From: a virus
Lineage: Duplodnaviria; Caudoviricetes
IMG/VR virus record: IMGVR_UViG_3300025000_000055
Length of the DNA stretch: 64,000 bases
Reading direction: 5' to 3' (one strand)
The notes beneath the pieces are model-generated. The model saw only the letters and a list, made by a program, of their open reading frames with translations, searched no databases and had not been told where the DNA came from. How positions within the stretch are numbered: the first letter of the stretch is position 1; every line of letters starts with the position of its first letter. A program made the position numbers and the translations under genes. This document shows, in pieces, positions 62,439-64,000 of the stretch.

Positions 62439-62481
62439 ACAACATATAAATAAATATAAAAGAAGAAAGGAGATTTATGAT

Positions 62482-62883
62482 ATGTTAATGTTTGGTTTAC
62501 CAAAGAAAGTGTTTTATACAGATCCTGCTAATAGTATGGCTATAAAACAAATTCCTTATTCAGTATTATCTTCTGGGTTAATTATACCTCAGAAACATAG
62601 TAGTGATGGAACACTAGAAACTAATAGTAAACTAACTGGTAGTACACTTCAGGAAGAAAAAACGCAGGCAAATGCTACCGCAGGCGTAGTCACTTTTTCC
62701 GCAAACATTACAACTATTGAAATTTTAAATACAGATACAGTTAATACAGGTGTTTTTACTGTTAACGAAATACCTATTACAGTACCTCCTACTGGTATAT
62801 GGAAAGATGGAGTTGGTGGAACTCCAGGTGCAACAGTCACCGTTGCTGGTTCAACCGCTTACATCTTACATAGATTTTCGTAG
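62482..62883 (+). CDS. Constant-leader small tail-region protein, copy 3
   Basis: Leader identical to 51877-52308, with a different C-terminus. Late motif at 62441-62452. Confidence 0.75.
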   Translation: MLMFGLPKKVFYTDPANSMAIKQIPYSVLSSGLIIPQKHSSDGTLETNSKLTGSTLQEEKTQANATAGVVTFSANITTIEILNTDTVNTGVFTVNEIPITVPPTGIWKDGVGGTPGATVTVAGSTAYILHRFS

Positions 62884-62896
62884 GAGGTGATAGATA

Positions 62897-64000
62897 ATGG
62901 GATATAAGCAAATAGGAATAGCAACCAACACAATAGACAGTAGTAAATTAACTACCGCATCCGTCACACCAGATAAAACAGATTTCATCAAAGAAGTTAA
63001 AAATTTATTTGACCATACGGATGCAAAAGTACTTAACCACAGAATTTTAGTGGAAACAGGTGGCACAGACGGTACTGCATACAGTGATACACATATGACT
63101 ACAGGCTATATTCCGGTTAGACCGGGAGATAACTTAATATGTTCATATTTGAACACCTCCGGGGTAGTAAGTACAGTTGTTTATTATATCGTAGCAGCTT
63201 ACGACAAGAATCAAAAACGAATAGTTTTTACGACTGTAACCAGTTCGACATATGTTGTACCTGCAAATGCTGAATATGTGCGTTTCTCTTTCAATACCAC
63301 CTACTATGCCAGAAAAGCATATGTTCAAGTGGCTGTTGGAACTGAAATCAGTCTTCCAACAAAATACAAAAAAAGAATGGATATATCACTCTTAAATAAG
63401 CCATACAAGTCTATTAAAGATACAATGGCCGAATTGGTGCAAAATAGTTTAATGTTAACTGGTACAAGCACAGTTAACATTAAACTTGTTGGCGATAGTA
63501 TCACTCATGGTGTGGGTGGTACTGGATTTATAGAAGACGGGGATTTAATTATCTCTGGATTTAACCGTAACCCTAATGGTTATTGTTGGGCTAATCTTTT
63601 TAAATCCTATATGGAAGCTAAATTTAATTGTGTGGTAACAAATAACGCCTGTCGTGGCACACACTCAGGGTATTTGAGACAATATTGGGATACTCTAGTC
63701 AGTCCTACTGATAATATTATCATATGTATGTATGGAACAAATGACCGGGGATCAGGTGCCTACAGTGCATTATTAGAAAATTTACAGCTTTTTCTAGACA
63801 GAGTAGATATAGATAATCAAAAAATAATCTTGATGAGTAGTATTCAAGCATCTGTAACAAATGATGCAACTTATACCTTTCATATGGAAGATGTTGACAA
63901 TGCAATAATGTCAATAGCAGCCGCAAACAACGTAGAATATATTTCTTTATTTAAGTTGTTTAGAGATTATATTGATGCGAGAGGTATTAGTTTTGATACA
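62897..64000 (+). CDS. SGNH/GDSL hydrolase tail-associated protein (runs off the window; absent from the ORF track)
   Basis: GGAGG RBS, ATG 62897 (MGYKQIG...), open to the window end. Block I VGDSITHG, block II NNACRG, block III MYGTND. Confidence 0.8.
   Translation, partial: MGYKQIGIATNTIDSSKLTTASVTPDKTDFIKEVKNLFDHTDAKVLNHRILVETGGTDGTAYSDTHMTTGYIPVRPGDNLICSYLNTSGVVSTVVYYIVAAYDKNQKRIVFTTVTSSTYVVPANAEYVRFSFNTTYYARKAYVQVAVGTEISLPTKYKKRMDISLLNKPYKSIKDTMAELVQNSLMLTGTSTVNIKLVGDSITHGVGGTGFIEDGDLIISGFNRNPNGYCWANLFKSYMEAKFNCVVTNNACRGTHSGYLRQYWDTLVSPTDNIIICMYGTNDRGSGAYSALLENLQLFLDRVDIDNQKIILMSSIQASVTNDATYTFHMEDVDNAIMSIAAANNVEYISLFKLFRDYIDARGISFDT

Noticed and set aside
544-63926. Antisense/shadow ORFs in the track (e.g. 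544-756, 8675-9070, 20104-20424, 34904-35245, 37535-38227, 47924-48307, 62099-62503, 63720-63926)
   Set aside because: They lie opposite well-supported genes, have no RBS, and show the F/L/I/S-rich composition typical of reverse-strand frames in AT-rich DNA.
60451-64000. Diversity-generating retroelement suggested by the Mtd-N-like domains
   Set aside because: No reverse transcriptase and no template/variable repeat pair differing only at adenines is present in the window.
1-64000. tRNA/rRNA genes, inteins, or stop-codon recoding
   Set aside because: No cloverleaf or rRNA-like sequence was seen. All gene interruptions are explained by group I introns or single-base homopolymer indels, and long ORFs read through in the standard code.

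Overview
A 64-kb, very AT-rich segment of a jumbo myophage genome of the AR9/PBS1 (phiKZ-related) type, probably infecting a low-GC Firmicute (host inferred only from the GGAGG-type RBS and AT content). It encodes terminase large subunit, tail sheath and tube, portal, the N-terminal half of a split family-B DNA polymerase, an SbcC/Rad50-like ATPase, NAD-dependent ligase, three fragments of multisubunit RNA polymerase beta-like subunits, a RecA/UvsX recombinase, a long run of small early genes, and a tail-fibre/adhesin/SGNH-esterase region. The dominant feature is 11 group I introns in 7 non-homologous core genes. Ten belong to one closely related family and one is divergent. I placed splice sites by hand from P1/P10 pairing and from restoration of conserved protein motifs. 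Oddities among them are a 15-nt recA micro-exon, an intron ending in A instead of the canonical G, an intron with essentially no P9 domain, mix-and-match structural modules, and HNH genes in 3 (probably 4) copies. Other observations are three tail-region genes sharing a constant 53-codon leader (two copies are a 161-bp perfect inverted repeat 10 kb apart), AR9-type late promoters (AACA-N6-TA) hinting at uracil-DNA biology, a recurrent early-promoter motif, a conserved leader hairpin, and three homopolymer frameshifts that may be sequencing errors. All product calls come from motif recognition by eye; no database searches were run.
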